Assembly: GCA_964501445.1 (NCBI GenBank)
Contig: CAZCSJ010000001.1
Coordinates: forward strand, 7,248-71,247
From: an uncultured Candidatus Saccharibacteria bacterium
GTDB taxonomy: Bacteria > Patescibacteriota > Minisyncoccia > Sungbacterales > HO2-52-23
Direction of reading: 5' to 3'
DNA length: 64,000 bases
Of the stretch, positions 9,490-20,296 are shown in pieces (positions within the stretch are counted from its first letter, which is position 1; every line of letters starts with the position of its first letter). Both the position numbers and the translations under genes were made by a program. Under the pieces are notes generated by a model. The model was not told the origin of the DNA. It saw only the letters and a program-made list of their open reading frames with translations, and searched no databases.

Positions 9490-10214
9490 ACAGAATCTTT
9501 TGATTTTAACTTCTCAAAATCAATGAAGACCATGACCGCCATCGTGGAGAGGAGCAGAATGATGTAGTAGATCCCCTGCGATGACGTTTCCATAATCAGT
9601 ATAAAATAGTTGAAGGCGGTGTGCAAGATGGCGGCAAGGAGAATGCCAAGCCACAGGAAATGATGGCGGTAGTGCGAGAACCATGCGCGCGCGAGAAAGA
9701 AGCCCACAATGCCCGAAGAGAGCGCGTGGAGCAAATTTGCGCCCAAAAAGCGGTTTGCCGTAACTTGGATCCCAGAAAGGAAGCTGTCGTGGAAGAGCGG
9801 AATTAAGAAAAGCGCGTTTTCAAGCGCGGCAAAGCCAAGGGCCGCGGTCATCATATAGACCATTGCGTCAATGGGTTCATCGAAGTCCGGACGCCCGAGG
9901 ATAAAAAATTTAACCGGCAGATATTTTATATATTCTTCAATAAGCGCGATCCCAAAGAAGAGCACGATAGGATTTGTCATGGGATTTGCGCCGCGGAAGC
10001 AGGAACCGGAATTTGCAAAAATCCACACGCATTCAAATGCGAGCGCAAGAAACGCGGCGAGCATCCCCCCGACAAAGGTGAGAAGCAGGAAGCGTTTTGG
10101 TTCGGGGTGCGCGTCTTCGCGAAGGTAAAAAACGAGCCAGAGGATTGGCGGGAGAAATGTGAGCAGGAGATAGCCGGCGTTGGTGCCGATGATGGCGGCG
10201 GTTATTTGGGCCAC
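9486..10214 (-). CDS. prsW: PrsW-family intramembrane glutamic protease
   Basis: 242 aa, multi-TM. Motifs IEEYIKY, FAALENALF, LLHALSSG and HTAFNY. GTG start. 4-nt overlap with hsp20. Confidence 0.8.
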   Translation of the reverse strand: MAQITAAIIGTNAGYLLLTFLPPILWLVFYLREDAHPEPKRFLLLTFVGGMLAAFLALAFECVWIFANSGSCFRGANPMTNPIVLFFGIALIEEYIKYLPVKFFILGRPDFDEPIDAMVYMMTAALGFAALENALFLIPLFHDSFLSGIQVTANRFLGANLLHALSSGIVGFFLARAWFSHYRHHFLWLGILLAAILHTAFNYFILIMETSSQGIYYIILLLSTMAVMVFIDFEKLKSKDSV

Positions 10215-10275
10215 AAATGAGAAGTAAGAATTAAGGACGATACGACTTTTCCTTGATTCCTGCTTCTTGATTCTA

Positions 10276-12387
10276 TCATTTAGGCCATGATTCTACCAGT
10301 AGCATCCGTTTATCTTTTGTGTGGAGGTGGCACCAGATCTCTTCGGTGACAAACGGCATGAATGGGTGGAGGAGTTTAAGGGAAGTTGCGAGGGTGTGGA
10401 GGAGGATGTGCTGTGTAGATTCCTTCAGTTTGGGGTCTGCGAGCTGTGTTTTGCTCGCTTCAAGATATTTGTCGCAGAATTGGTGCCAGAAGAAATCGTA
10501 GAGTGTGTGGAGTGCGGGGCCGAATTCGTATTTTTCTATTTTCTCACTCACGGTCTTTTGCATTTTTTTGAGTTGAGTGAGAATTCTCTTATCGGCAAGA
10601 GTTTTTGGACGAGGTTTCAGGTTGTCCCTCGACTTCGCTCGGGATATATTTCCTGAGCCATTCGGCACTGAGCTCATGGCCGAAGTGCTTGTCGAAGGAT
10701 AGGTGGTGGCGTGCAAATTACTTAACACAAACCGCGATGCGTTCCAGATTTTGTTTGCAAACTTCTTCCCTGCAACCACATGCTCCTCAGACCAATGGAT
10801 ATCCTGATTGCCCATTGCCTGCCAGATGAGACCGAAGCGAGTTGCATCCGCGCCGTAGCGCGAGATTAAATCCATCGGGTCAATGCCGGTGCCGAGCGAC
10901 TTTGACATCCGCTTGCCGTCTTTGGTGAGAATAGTCGCATGGATAATTACATCTTTGAATGGGTCCTTGCCCGTAAATTCTTTTCCAGAAAACACCATCC
11001 GTGTAACCCAAAGATTGATAATATCCCGCGCGGTTGATAATACCTGTGTGGGATAAAATGTTTTTAGGTCCTTACCTTTTGACAGTGTGGCAAACGGCCA
11101 GAGCGCGGAGGAAAACCATGTGTCCAACACATCATCTACTCCGTCAATCGGGATCTTGTGTCCCCACCAGATTTGGCGCGAGATGCACCAGTCCTTTATA
11201 TTTTTCAGCCAGTCAAAATATACTTTTTCCCAACGTTTGGGGTGAAAGCGTATTTTGCCGGATTTTACCGATTGCGTGGCCATCTTGGCGAGTTCCCCCA
11301 TTTTCAAAAACCACTGCAAACTCGGCATCGGCTCAATGACTGTTGCGCACCGATAACAGACCGCGACGTTGTGCGTATAGGGCTTTTCTGAAACAATGAG
11401 TCCTTTTTTGCGAAGGTCTTCTGTAATTTGTTTCCGCGCTTCGGCAACCGGTAGCCCCGCGTATTTTTCCGCGAGCTCGGTCATCTTGCCGTCCGGGCCG
11501 ATTACTTTTTTTACTTCAAGGCCGTGTTTTTCCGCGAGTTCAAAGTCGTGGATGTCGTGCGCCGGTGTTACTTTCATCGCACCTGTTCCGAACTCCATAT
11601 CCACGCTCGGGTCTCCGACCACTTTCATTTTCCGCGGCCCGAGAACGGTTTCCACATCTAGTTCTTTTCCAATATATTTTTTGTAGCGCGCGTCTTTAGG
11701 GTTTACCGCAATTGCGGTATCCCCTACTTTTGTCTCGGGGCGCACCGTGCCGATTGTAAGCGGCCCATATTTAATTGAGTACCATGTTACTTTTTCTTCT
11801 TTGTACTCAAGTTCCAAATCCGACAAGCTCGTGCGGCACCGCGTGCACCAATTCACCACGCGCTCCGCGCGATATATCCACCCCTTTTTGTAGTAATGCA
11901 AAAATGCCTCCTCAACCGCCTTTTGATAATCGGGGTCCATGGTGAAGCGCGTGCGAGACCAATCCATTGAGGAGCCGAGCTTCTTGAATTGCCCCAAAAT
12001 GATGTGGCCGTATTTCTCTTTCCACTCCCAGACCTTTTCAAGAAATTTCTCGCGGCCGAGCTCGTGGCGCGAGATACCCTGTTTTCGTAAATCTTTCTCC
12101 ACCACATTTTGCGTGGCAATTCCCGCATGGTCCGTGCCCGGAAGCCAGAGGGTTTTAAACCCCTCCATTCGTTTTTTGCGAATCAAAATATCCTGAATTA
12201 CGGCATTCAAGGCGTGGCCCATGTGGAGCGAGCCCGTAACATTGGGCGGAGGAACGGTGATGGTGTAGGACTTCGCGCGTTTGCCGGGCAATTTATCCGG
12301 ATTAAAAAAACCGGATCGTTCCCACTTTCGATAGACCGTTTCCTCAACGGATTTAGGGTCGTATTGGGGTGTTAGCTCTTTTCTCAT
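10276..12387 (-). CDS. valS: Valine--tRNA ligase (short form without the C-terminal coiled coil, carrying an in-frame repeat insertion)
   Basis: 703 aa. HIGH-type SLHMGHAL, editing-domain motifs TVRPETKVGDTAIAV and KVTPAHD, and KMSKS. Confidence 0.95.
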   Translation of the reverse strand: MRKELTPQYDPKSVEETVYRKWERSGFFNPDKLPGKRAKSYTITVPPPNVTGSLHMGHALNAVIQDILIRKKRMEGFKTLWLPGTDHAGIATQNVVEKDLRKQGISRHELGREKFLEKVWEWKEKYGHIILGQFKKLGSSMDWSRTRFTMDPDYQKAVEEAFLHYYKKGWIYRAERVVNWCTRCRTSLSDLELEYKEEKVTWYSIKYGPLTIGTVRPETKVGDTAIAVNPKDARYKKYIGKELDVETVLGPRKMKVVGDPSVDMEFGTGAMKVTPAHDIHDFELAEKHGLEVKKVIGPDGKMTELAEKYAGLPVAEARKQITEDLRKKGLIVSEKPYTHNVAVCYRCATVIEPMPSLQWFLKMGELAKMATQSVKSGKIRFHPKRWEKVYFDWLKNIKDWCISRQIWWGHKIPIDGVDDVLDTWFSSALWPFATLSKGKDLKTFYPTQVLSTARDIINLWVTRMVFSGKEFTGKDPFKDVIIHATILTKDGKRMSKSLGTGIDPMDLISRYGADATRFGLIWQAMGNQDIHWSEEHVVAGKKFANKIWNASRFVLSNLHATTYPSTSTSAMSSVPNGSGNISRAKSRDNLKPRPKTLADKRILTQLKKMQKTVSEKIEKYEFGPALHTLYDFFWHQFCDKYLEASKTQLADPKLKESTQHILLHTLATSLKLLHPFMPFVTEEIWCHLHTKDKRMLLVESWPK

Positions 12388-12476
12388 GCATGTATTGTAT
12401 GCGGAACTCCGTGACGAGTAAATAGAAATTTATTCGTCATACCCACTGACGATCGTCAGAGAGGATGACGAATAAA

Positions 12477-13808
12477 TCATCTGCGGGAATTGATGGTGAG
12501 GTTTGGATGCGCTTCCAGTTTCTTCCAGGGCTTTCCGCCAGCTGGCGGATTGCCTGTGAAGTATGCCGCGAGTGCGATCATGAGGGCGTTGTCGCCGGTC
12601 AACGATGAATTAGGAATTAAGAAGTATGAATTATGGACTTCTTTTCTTAGTGCTTCCCGGAGTTTTTGTTGTAGCAGATGGTTTGCGGCAACTCCGCCGC
12701 CGAGGAGCACGGTTTTGGCTTTGTATTCTTTTACCGCTCTGACAGTTTTTTTCACGAGTACATCTACAACCGCGTCTTGAAATTCTTTTGCGATCGCAGG
12801 GCGCAAGCGGCGTATGTCTGCGGGCTTCATCTCACGGAGCATATAGAGTACTGCGGTTTTGAGCCCCGAAAAGGAAAAATCGTAATCGTGTGAATGGAGC
12901 ATGGGTCGCGGGAGTATCACTTTATAATTTTTGTATTCCCTCGACTCTGCTCGGGAAATATTTCCTGAGCTTGTCGAAGAACTATCTTTTATACCGCGCG
13001 CTATACGCGCGATCTCCGGTCCTCCAGGGTATGGCAGTCCCAAAAGCCGCGCGACTTTATCGAACGCCTCCCCTGCCGCATCGTCCCGCGTCTCGCCGAT
13101 TATTTTGAATTTTCCGTGTCCGCGCATAAGTACGAGTTCTGTGTGCCCGCCGGATACCAGAAGCGCGAGGGCGGGGAATTTGATAGGTTTTAGGGGGTAG
13201 GTTTTAGGGGGTAGGGACTTTGGTATGAGAGCGGAATATAAATGACCTGCCATGTGGTCGGTTGGAAGCAACGGCACGTTCCAAAGTGCAGAAAGCGCGC
13301 GGGCAAAATTCACCCCGACCCAAAGCGCGGGCGCAAGTCCGGGGCCGTGCGTGACCGCGATTGCGTCTATCTTTGGCGCAGGCAGCGGTGCGATATGTTT
13401 TTTGAAGCGAAACAGGAGTTCGGGTTCACGTTCGAGGATCAAATTAAGGTTGCCCCTCGACTTCGCTCGGGGAATAATAATTCCTGAGCCTGTCGAAGGA
13501 TTACTTTTCAGTTTATGCAGTTTTCCTTCCTTCAGTGCTTTGAGTAAAAGTGGCACGAGATTTTTCTGGTGTTCCCGTTTTGCGAGATTGGGCACCACCC
13601 CACCGAATTTTTGGTGTATTTTCACCTGCGAGGAGATGAGGTTTGCTAATACGCGGATTTTCGCAGATGATAACGCAGATTTACGCAGATTCGTATCCGC
13701 GCGGATCCGCGAGGGTTGTTTAATCGGTGTTAATCCGCGGCCATTGCTGAATTCCGCAATGGCAATTGCGGTTTCATCACAGCTGGTCTCTATCGCGAGA
13801 ATGCGCAT
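12477..13808 (-). CDS. tsaD: tRNA N6-adenosine threonylcarbamoyltransferase TsaD (about 100 aa longer than usual because of repeat-derived inserts)
   Basis: 443 aa. MRILAIETSCDET.., GGVVPNLAKREH, SGGHTEL and LGGGVAANHLL are Kae1/TsaD hallmarks. Confidence 0.9.
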   Translation of the reverse strand: MRILAIETSCDETAIAIAEFSNGRGLTPIKQPSRIRADTNLRKSALSSAKIRVLANLISSQVKIHQKFGGVVPNLAKREHQKNLVPLLLKALKEGKLHKLKSNPSTGSGIIIPRAKSRGNLNLILEREPELLFRFKKHIAPLPAPKIDAIAVTHGPGLAPALWVGVNFARALSALWNVPLLPTDHMAGHLYSALIPKSLPPKTYPLKPIKFPALALLVSGGHTELVLMRGHGKFKIIGETRDDAAGEAFDKVARLLGLPYPGGPEIARIARGIKDSSSTSSGNISRAESREYKNYKVILPRPMLHSHDYDFSFSGLKTAVLYMLREMKPADIRRLRPAIAKEFQDAVVDVLVKKTVRAVKEYKAKTVLLGGGVAANHLLQQKLREALRKEVHNSYFLIPNSSLTGDNALMIALAAYFTGNPPAGGKPWKKLEAHPNLTINSRR

Positions 13809-13832
13809 AGTGCGCGCATCATAGCGCGCAGT

Positions 13833-14318
13833 TTATATTCGTTCAAGCGTCAGAAAGGTGTAGCGGTACGGATTTTTCTCATCCGGTTCGTGGGGTTCGC
13901 GGCTGATTTCGCACCACTCGCTCCGGTCAAACTCCGGGAAAAAGATGTCGCCGTCAAACTCATGATCAATTTCCGTGAGGTAGAGGCGGTCTGCCTTGGG
14001 GAGAAATAGTTTGTAGATAGTACCTCCGCCGATCACCATCACCTCTTCGGCGTTTTCGGCTGCGGCAATTGCCTCCTCTGGGGAATGTACCACAATGCAT
14101 CCCTCTTTTTTAAAATCGGCCTCGTGCGTGATGATTATATTGAGGCGATCCGGCAAGGGTTTGCCGATGGCTTCAAAAGTTTTGCGCCCCATGATGATGG
14201 GCTTGCCGCGCGTGAGGTCGCGGAAGTGTTTGAGGTCGGCAGGCAAGTACCACGGGAGCGCATTGGTTTTGCCAATCACGCGGTTGCGGCCCATGGCGGC
14301 GATGAGGGATAGTATCAT
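13833..14318 (-). CDS. folA: Dihydrofolate reductase
   Basis: 161 aa. LIAAMGRNRVIGKTNALPW..L..DLKHFRDLT..KPIIMGRKTF. Confidence 0.95.
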   Translation of the reverse strand: MILSLIAAMGRNRVIGKTNALPWYLPADLKHFRDLTRGKPIIMGRKTFEAIGKPLPDRLNIIITHEADFKKEGCIVVHSPEEAIAAAENAEEVMVIGGGTIYKLFLPKADRLYLTEIDHEFDGDIFFPEFDRSEWCEISREPHEPDEKNPYRYTFLTLERI

Positions 14319-14336
14319 AACAAATAGGTTTTATTG

Positions 14337-14389
14337 CCCGAGCTTGTCGAAGGCGTACATTTAATGAAGCCCTTCGACTTCGCTCAGGG
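14337..14389. repeat. Family-C palindromic element, non-coding copy (thyA-folA spacer)
   Basis: CCCGAGCTTGTCGAAGG-(loop)-CCTTCGACTTCGCTCAGGG. The same arms occur inside valS, tsaD and recG. Confidence 0.85.
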
Positions 14390-14400
14390 AGTCTTATTGG

Positions 14401-15246
14401 TTATACCGCCATTGGGGCTTTAATCGTGGGGTGCGATTGGTAGTTCTCGAGCTTGACATCGTCCATGGTGAAGTCCTCAAGGCGCGTGATTGCGGGATTC
14501 AACCATAGTTTTGGTAAGGTGTACGGTTCCCGCGCGAGCTGTTCTTTCACTTGGTCAAAATGATTGAGATAGATATGCGCATCGCCAAGCGTATGCACGA
14601 ATTCCCCGGGTTGAAGTCCCGTTACTTGCGCAACCATTGAGAGCAGGAGCGAGTAAGACGCAATGTTCAAGGGAACGCCCAAAAACATATCGCATGAGCG
14701 CTGGTACATTTGGAGCGAGAGCGCGCCGTCTGCCACGAAAAACTGGAAAAACGCGTGGCAGGGCGGAAGCGCCATACGGTCAAGCTCTCCCGGATTCCAG
14801 GCAACCACAATGTGGCGGCGGTCATACGGTTTTTCCTTGATGCGCTGGATTACTTCTCCAAGCTGGTCAATTTTTCTGCCGTCCGGCGCCTGCCACGCGC
14901 GCCACTGGACCCCATAGACGCGTCCGAGGTCGCCGTCAAACGCGGCTTTCGGTTTCCAGTAGTCGGCCTCCGCGTTCTCTGTCCAGATGGTTTTTTTCTC
15001 TTTGTCGCGCGTGCCGTGGAGGATTTCTGCAAGCCGCCGCTCATCGTTTGACCCCTCAACGAACCAGAGGAGTTCTGACGCCATGGTTTTCCACGGGAGT
15101 TTTTTTGTGGTCATCGCGGGAAATCCCTTGGAGAGGTCGTATCGCATCTGCATGCCAAATACCGCGCGCGTGCCCACACCCGTCCGGTCCTGCCGATCCG
15201 AGCCATGGTCAAGAATATATTGCATTGCGTCAAGATAGGCCTTCAT
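14401..15246 (-). CDS. thyA: Thymidylate synthase (ThyA type)
   Basis: 281 aa. DRTGVGT, LPPCH.F.QF and DMFLGVPLNIASY motifs. Confidence 0.95.
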   Translation of the reverse strand: MKAYLDAMQYILDHGSDRQDRTGVGTRAVFGMQMRYDLSKGFPAMTTKKLPWKTMASELLWFVEGSNDERRLAEILHGTRDKEKKTIWTENAEADYWKPKAAFDGDLGRVYGVQWRAWQAPDGRKIDQLGEVIQRIKEKPYDRRHIVVAWNPGELDRMALPPCHAFFQFFVADGALSLQMYQRSCDMFLGVPLNIASYSLLLSMVAQVTGLQPGEFVHTLGDAHIYLNHFDQVKEQLAREPYTLPKLWLNPAITRLEDFTMDDVKLENYQSHPTIKAPMAV

Positions 15247-15259
15247 AGTATTCGTATTA

Positions 15260-15952
15260 TCACTCTTTTTTAGCGAGCGTCAAAAACACGGTTTCCCAAA
15301 TTTTTTCATGAATGACCTCCGGAGAAAGGAGTGCGCCTGACGCATCGGTGCATTCTATGACGACATGATTTTTTGGGAAGCGGCGCGCAAGCCAGAGGTA
15401 GGCCTGCTCCGTTGCGCGGAGATGCGGGAGATTTGCCTCCAGCCCGTCGCGTTTTTTGCCTCTAGTGTAGGCGCGTGAGGGTTTTTTTAGAATGAGTTTG
15501 TAACTTATGCGTGCAGGCACATGGAGAAGTAGAATAACATCGGGTTTGGGAAGCCGAAGTATTCCATATTCAAGGGTGTAGAGCCACGAGAGGAAGGCCG
15601 TGCGCTTCGCACTGCTTCGTATTTTCCCTCCCTGATGTCCTGCATTTGAATCCACATAGCGGTCAAGCACCACGGTCTTCCCCTGCGAGAGAAGTTTTTG
15701 TATGGCAAAGGAAGCGTCAAAGCGGTCAAGCGCGTAGAGGTATGATGCAATGCACGGGTCAAGCGTCGCGGGATTGCCGTATGCGCCCATGAGATAATTT
15801 TCAATGAGCCCAGCAGATTTCTTGCCGTATTGGGGAAATGAAAATGTTGCCGCGGGTATCCGCTCTTTTTTTAAGCGGCGTATGAGGAGTTCGGTCTGGG
15901 TCCGTTTGCCCGACCCGTCCGTGCCTTCTATTTCTATGAGAACTCCTTTCAT
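15260..15952 (-). CDS. tmk: Thymidylate kinase
   Basis: P-loop EGTDGSGKRTQ. I place the start at the ATG at 15952 (MKGVLIEIEG..) rather than at the ORF-track start 16003, which runs into the upstream terminator hairpin. Confidence 0.85.
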   Translation of the reverse strand: MKGVLIEIEGTDGSGKRTQTELLIRRLKKERIPAATFSFPQYGKKSAGLIENYLMGAYGNPATLDPCIASYLYALDRFDASFAIQKLLSQGKTVVLDRYVDSNAGHQGGKIRSSAKRTAFLSWLYTLEYGILRLPKPDVILLLHVPARISYKLILKKPSRAYTRGKKRDGLEANLPHLRATEQAYLWLARRFPKNHVVIECTDASGALLSPEVIHEKIWETVFLTLAKKE

Positions 15953-15969
15953 CGGAGGTAGTATAACAC

Positions 15970-15998
15970 AAAACCGCCAGCCCTGGGCTGGCGGTTTT
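15970..15998 (-). terminator. Hairpin terminator downstream of rplK
   Basis: AAAACCGCCAGCC-CTG-GGCTGGCGGTTTT, a 9-bp GC stem flanked by A/T runs. Confidence 0.65.
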
Positions 15999-16015
15999 GT
16001 CACTTCGCCCTCTTC

Positions 16016-16057
16016 TTTACATGTACTTTTTAGCTATAGCTAAAAAGTACATGTAAA
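16016..16057. repeat. Perfect 42-bp AT-rich palindrome
   Basis: TTTACATGTACTTTTTAGCTATAGCTAAAAAGTACATGTAAA equals its own reverse complement. Confidence 0.95.
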
Positions 16058-16082
16058 TGACGTGCAACGGGATTATACGGTA

Positions 16083-16511
16083 TCACTTTTCAATCACCTC
16101 AATCCCCATATTGCGCGCGGTTCCCATAATGATTTTTTCTGCCGCTTCTATCGTTTCTGCATTCAAATCCTCCATTTTGCGCTCGGCGATTTTGCGGATA
16201 TCATCTTGTGTCACTTTCCCCACCTTGTTTTTATTCGGTATGCCCGAGCCCTTCTCCACGCCTGCCGCGCGTCGCAAAAGGTCGGATGCCGGCGGGGTTT
16301 TCAGTTTGAAATCAAATGTCCGGTCCTCATAAATCGTAATTTCCACGGGGACGATCTCGCCCGACATTTGTCCGGTTGCGTCATTATACTTTTTCACAAA
16401 GTCGCCGATGTTGATGCCGTGCGGCCCCAAGGCGGTGCCTACCGGCGGCGCGGGAGTTGCCTTGCCCGCGGGAATCTGGAGTTTGATTATGGTTTTGATT
16501 GCCTTCGCCAT
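16083..16511 (-). CDS. rplK: 50S ribosomal protein L11
   Basis: 142 aa. [26 protein letters not shown] is the uL11 signature. Confidence 0.97.
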   Translation of the reverse strand: MAKAIKTIIKLQIPAGKATPAPPVGTALGPHGINIGDFVKKYNDATGQMSGEIVPVEITIYEDRTFDFKLKTPPASDLLRRAAGVEKGSGIPNKNKVGKVTQDDIRKIAERKMEDLNAETIEAAEKIIMGTARNMGIEVIEK

Positions 16512-16534
16512 AATAGTTTAATCAGTTGCTGAGT

Positions 16535-16921
16535 TTAATGAGTTGTAGAGTTTTTGTCAAAGTTTATACTTACGAATCGAATATATCCATGTAGTGCTTT
16601 ACGTAACTCTGTATATCCTTCTGAAATGCTGTTTGCACGATCTATTGGAAGAAAACCTTTCTCTGCGCAGCGAAGAATATTACTTCGCGTTTCTTCTCCT
16701 TCCGTCATCGCAATATTTCGCAGGATGTAGCATTTTTCTTTTGCAGATTTTTTGTAATAAGACTCCGCGATGTTATTAGTTACTGATGATGACGAGCGTT
16801 TGAGTTGGTCTACACTACGATATCTCTCGTCATGTGGAAAATCTGCTGTGGCGACATGGATTTTCATTTCCAAGTTTTTTGCCATTTGATAGATTTTGAG
16901 ATTTTCGAGTCCCGTAGCCAC
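16535..16921 (-). CDS. Four-helix-bundle protein (23S rRNA intervening-sequence protein family)
   Basis: 128 aa. The family-typical pattern is IYQ.A..L....H......P..ERY...DQL.RSS.SV..NIAE. AT-rich and flanked by about 40-bp inverted repeats at 16513-16550 and 16921-16960. Confidence 0.8.
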   Translation of the reverse strand: MATGLENLKIYQMAKNLEMKIHVATADFPHDERYRSVDQLKRSSSSVTNNIAESYYKKSAKEKCYILRNIAMTEGEETRSNILRCAEKGFLPIDRANSISEGYTELRKALHGYIRFVSINFDKNSTTH

Positions 16922-16960
16922 AACTCAGCAACTTATTAAACTCAGTAACTCAACAACTGA

Positions 16961-17506
16961 TTACAGTTTCTTAATCTGCAAATAGTCAATCTCTATCGGG
17001 GTGTTGCGGCCAAATACATTGATAAGCACTTTGATCTTTCCGCGCTCGTGGTCCACTTCCGACACTTTGCCGTCAAAATCCTTGAACGGGCCATCCACGA
17101 TTTTTACTGGGTCGCCCGGGGCAACCTCAATTTTGAATTTCGGCTCCTCCGCGCCCATCCGTTTCAGGAGCGTATCAATTTCTTCCTGTGAGAGCGGGGT
17201 TGGCGTGGTGCCTGCGCCCACGAATCCCGTGACGCGCGGGGTGTTTCGCACCACATACCACGAGTCGTCGGTCACAATCATCTCCACCAGCACATAACCC
17301 GGATAGATTTTTTCCTCCACGGTCACGCGCTTCCCGCCCTTGATTTTGATTTTCTTCTCGGTCGGCACGAGCACGTTAAAAATGCGGTCCTCCATGCCCA
17401 TGGACTCAATGCGCTGTTTCAAATTGCGCGCGACCGCATCTTCATACCCCGAGTAGGTGTGAATCGCGTACCAATTTTTACCGAATTCAGAGGTCTGTTT
17501 GGGCAT
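16961..17506 (-). CDS. nusG: Transcription termination/antitermination factor NusG
   Basis: 181 aa. NGN domain WYAIHTYSGYE plus a KOW motif. secE-nusG-rplK context. Confidence 0.95.
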   Translation of the reverse strand: MPKQTSEFGKNWYAIHTYSGYEDAVARNLKQRIESMGMEDRIFNVLVPTEKKIKIKGGKRVTVEEKIYPGYVLVEMIVTDDSWYVVRNTPRVTGFVGAGTTPTPLSQEEIDTLLKRMGAEEPKFKIEVAPGDPVKIVDGPFKDFDGKVSEVDHERGKIKVLINVFGRNTPIEIDYLQIKKL

Positions 17507-17602
17507 ATTTCAGAGTTTAATCAGTTATGAGTTTAACGAGTTATTGAGTTGACTGCGAGGTCGCGAAGCGACCGAAACCCATTAACCTCATAACTCACCT
17601 AA

Positions 17603-17794
17603 CTATAGAACGAAGGTATTCAAAAGGAATTGAAACACATAATCCAACCCCCCAAGAAACGCCGCCACCGCCGCGCTGATGACCACCACCAAAAGGGTAT
17701 AACGAGTTGTTTCTTCGCGCGTGGGCCATACGACCTTGCGAAGCTCGGCACGAGTTTCTTTCAGAAATGTAATTGTCCGCTCAAAAAATGACAT
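17603..17794 (-). CDS. secE: Preprotein translocase subunit SecE
   Basis: 63 aa. ELRKVVWPTREET followed by a single TM. Upstream of nusG. Confidence 0.9.
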   Translation of the reverse strand: MSFFERTITFLKETRAELRKVVWPTREETTRYTLLVVVISAAVAAFLGGLDYVFQFLLNTFVL

Positions 17795-17888
17795 ATTTTG
17801 AGTTTTTTAAAAGCCCTCGCGGGCTTAATATCAGTAGCTTATACCCCTCTAGAGAGAGTGTCAAGCGCTTTTTAAATATCCAAATTCT

Positions 17889-17996
17889 TCACCCCGTTAG
17901 AGATCTCTACTTTGGGATAGTAAATTTTGTTAGATAAAAATTGTGGGAATATCCCAAATTGATATTAACTCTATCCGCATCTCTAACGGGGTTCAC
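17889..17996 (-). repeat. Family-B inverted-repeat element, copy 1 (immediately after the gyrB stop)
   Basis: ACCCCGTTAGAGAT ... ATCTCTAACGGGGT arms around about 80 nt, with an inner TTTGGGATA/TATCCCAAA hairpin. Confidence 0.85.
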
Positions 17997-18004
17997 CGCC
18001 TACA

Positions 18005-20062
<2,058 letters not shown>

Positions 20063-20267
20063 CTAATAAACCCGCATATGTATCAAGCGGATCTACTATC
20101 TGTTATTATCACATTATAGCATAAGAGAGCCCTGTATTCAATGAGAAAAATATCAGCTCCAAAAAAGAAAAAGTCCCGTCTGGGACTTGGTGAGTACTAG
20201 ACGGGATGTCATATAGTGGGTATATCATTTCCGCGCTGGAGACCACTTCTTACGGGCCTTTCTATCC

Positions 20268-20294
20268 TTTGTACCGATCTAAGATCGGTACAAA
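20268..20294 (-). terminator. Hairpin terminator downstream of the PheRS gene
   Basis: TTTGTACCGATCT-A-AGATCGGTACAAA, starting 3 nt after the stop codon. Confidence 0.65.
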
Positions 20295-20296
20295 CG

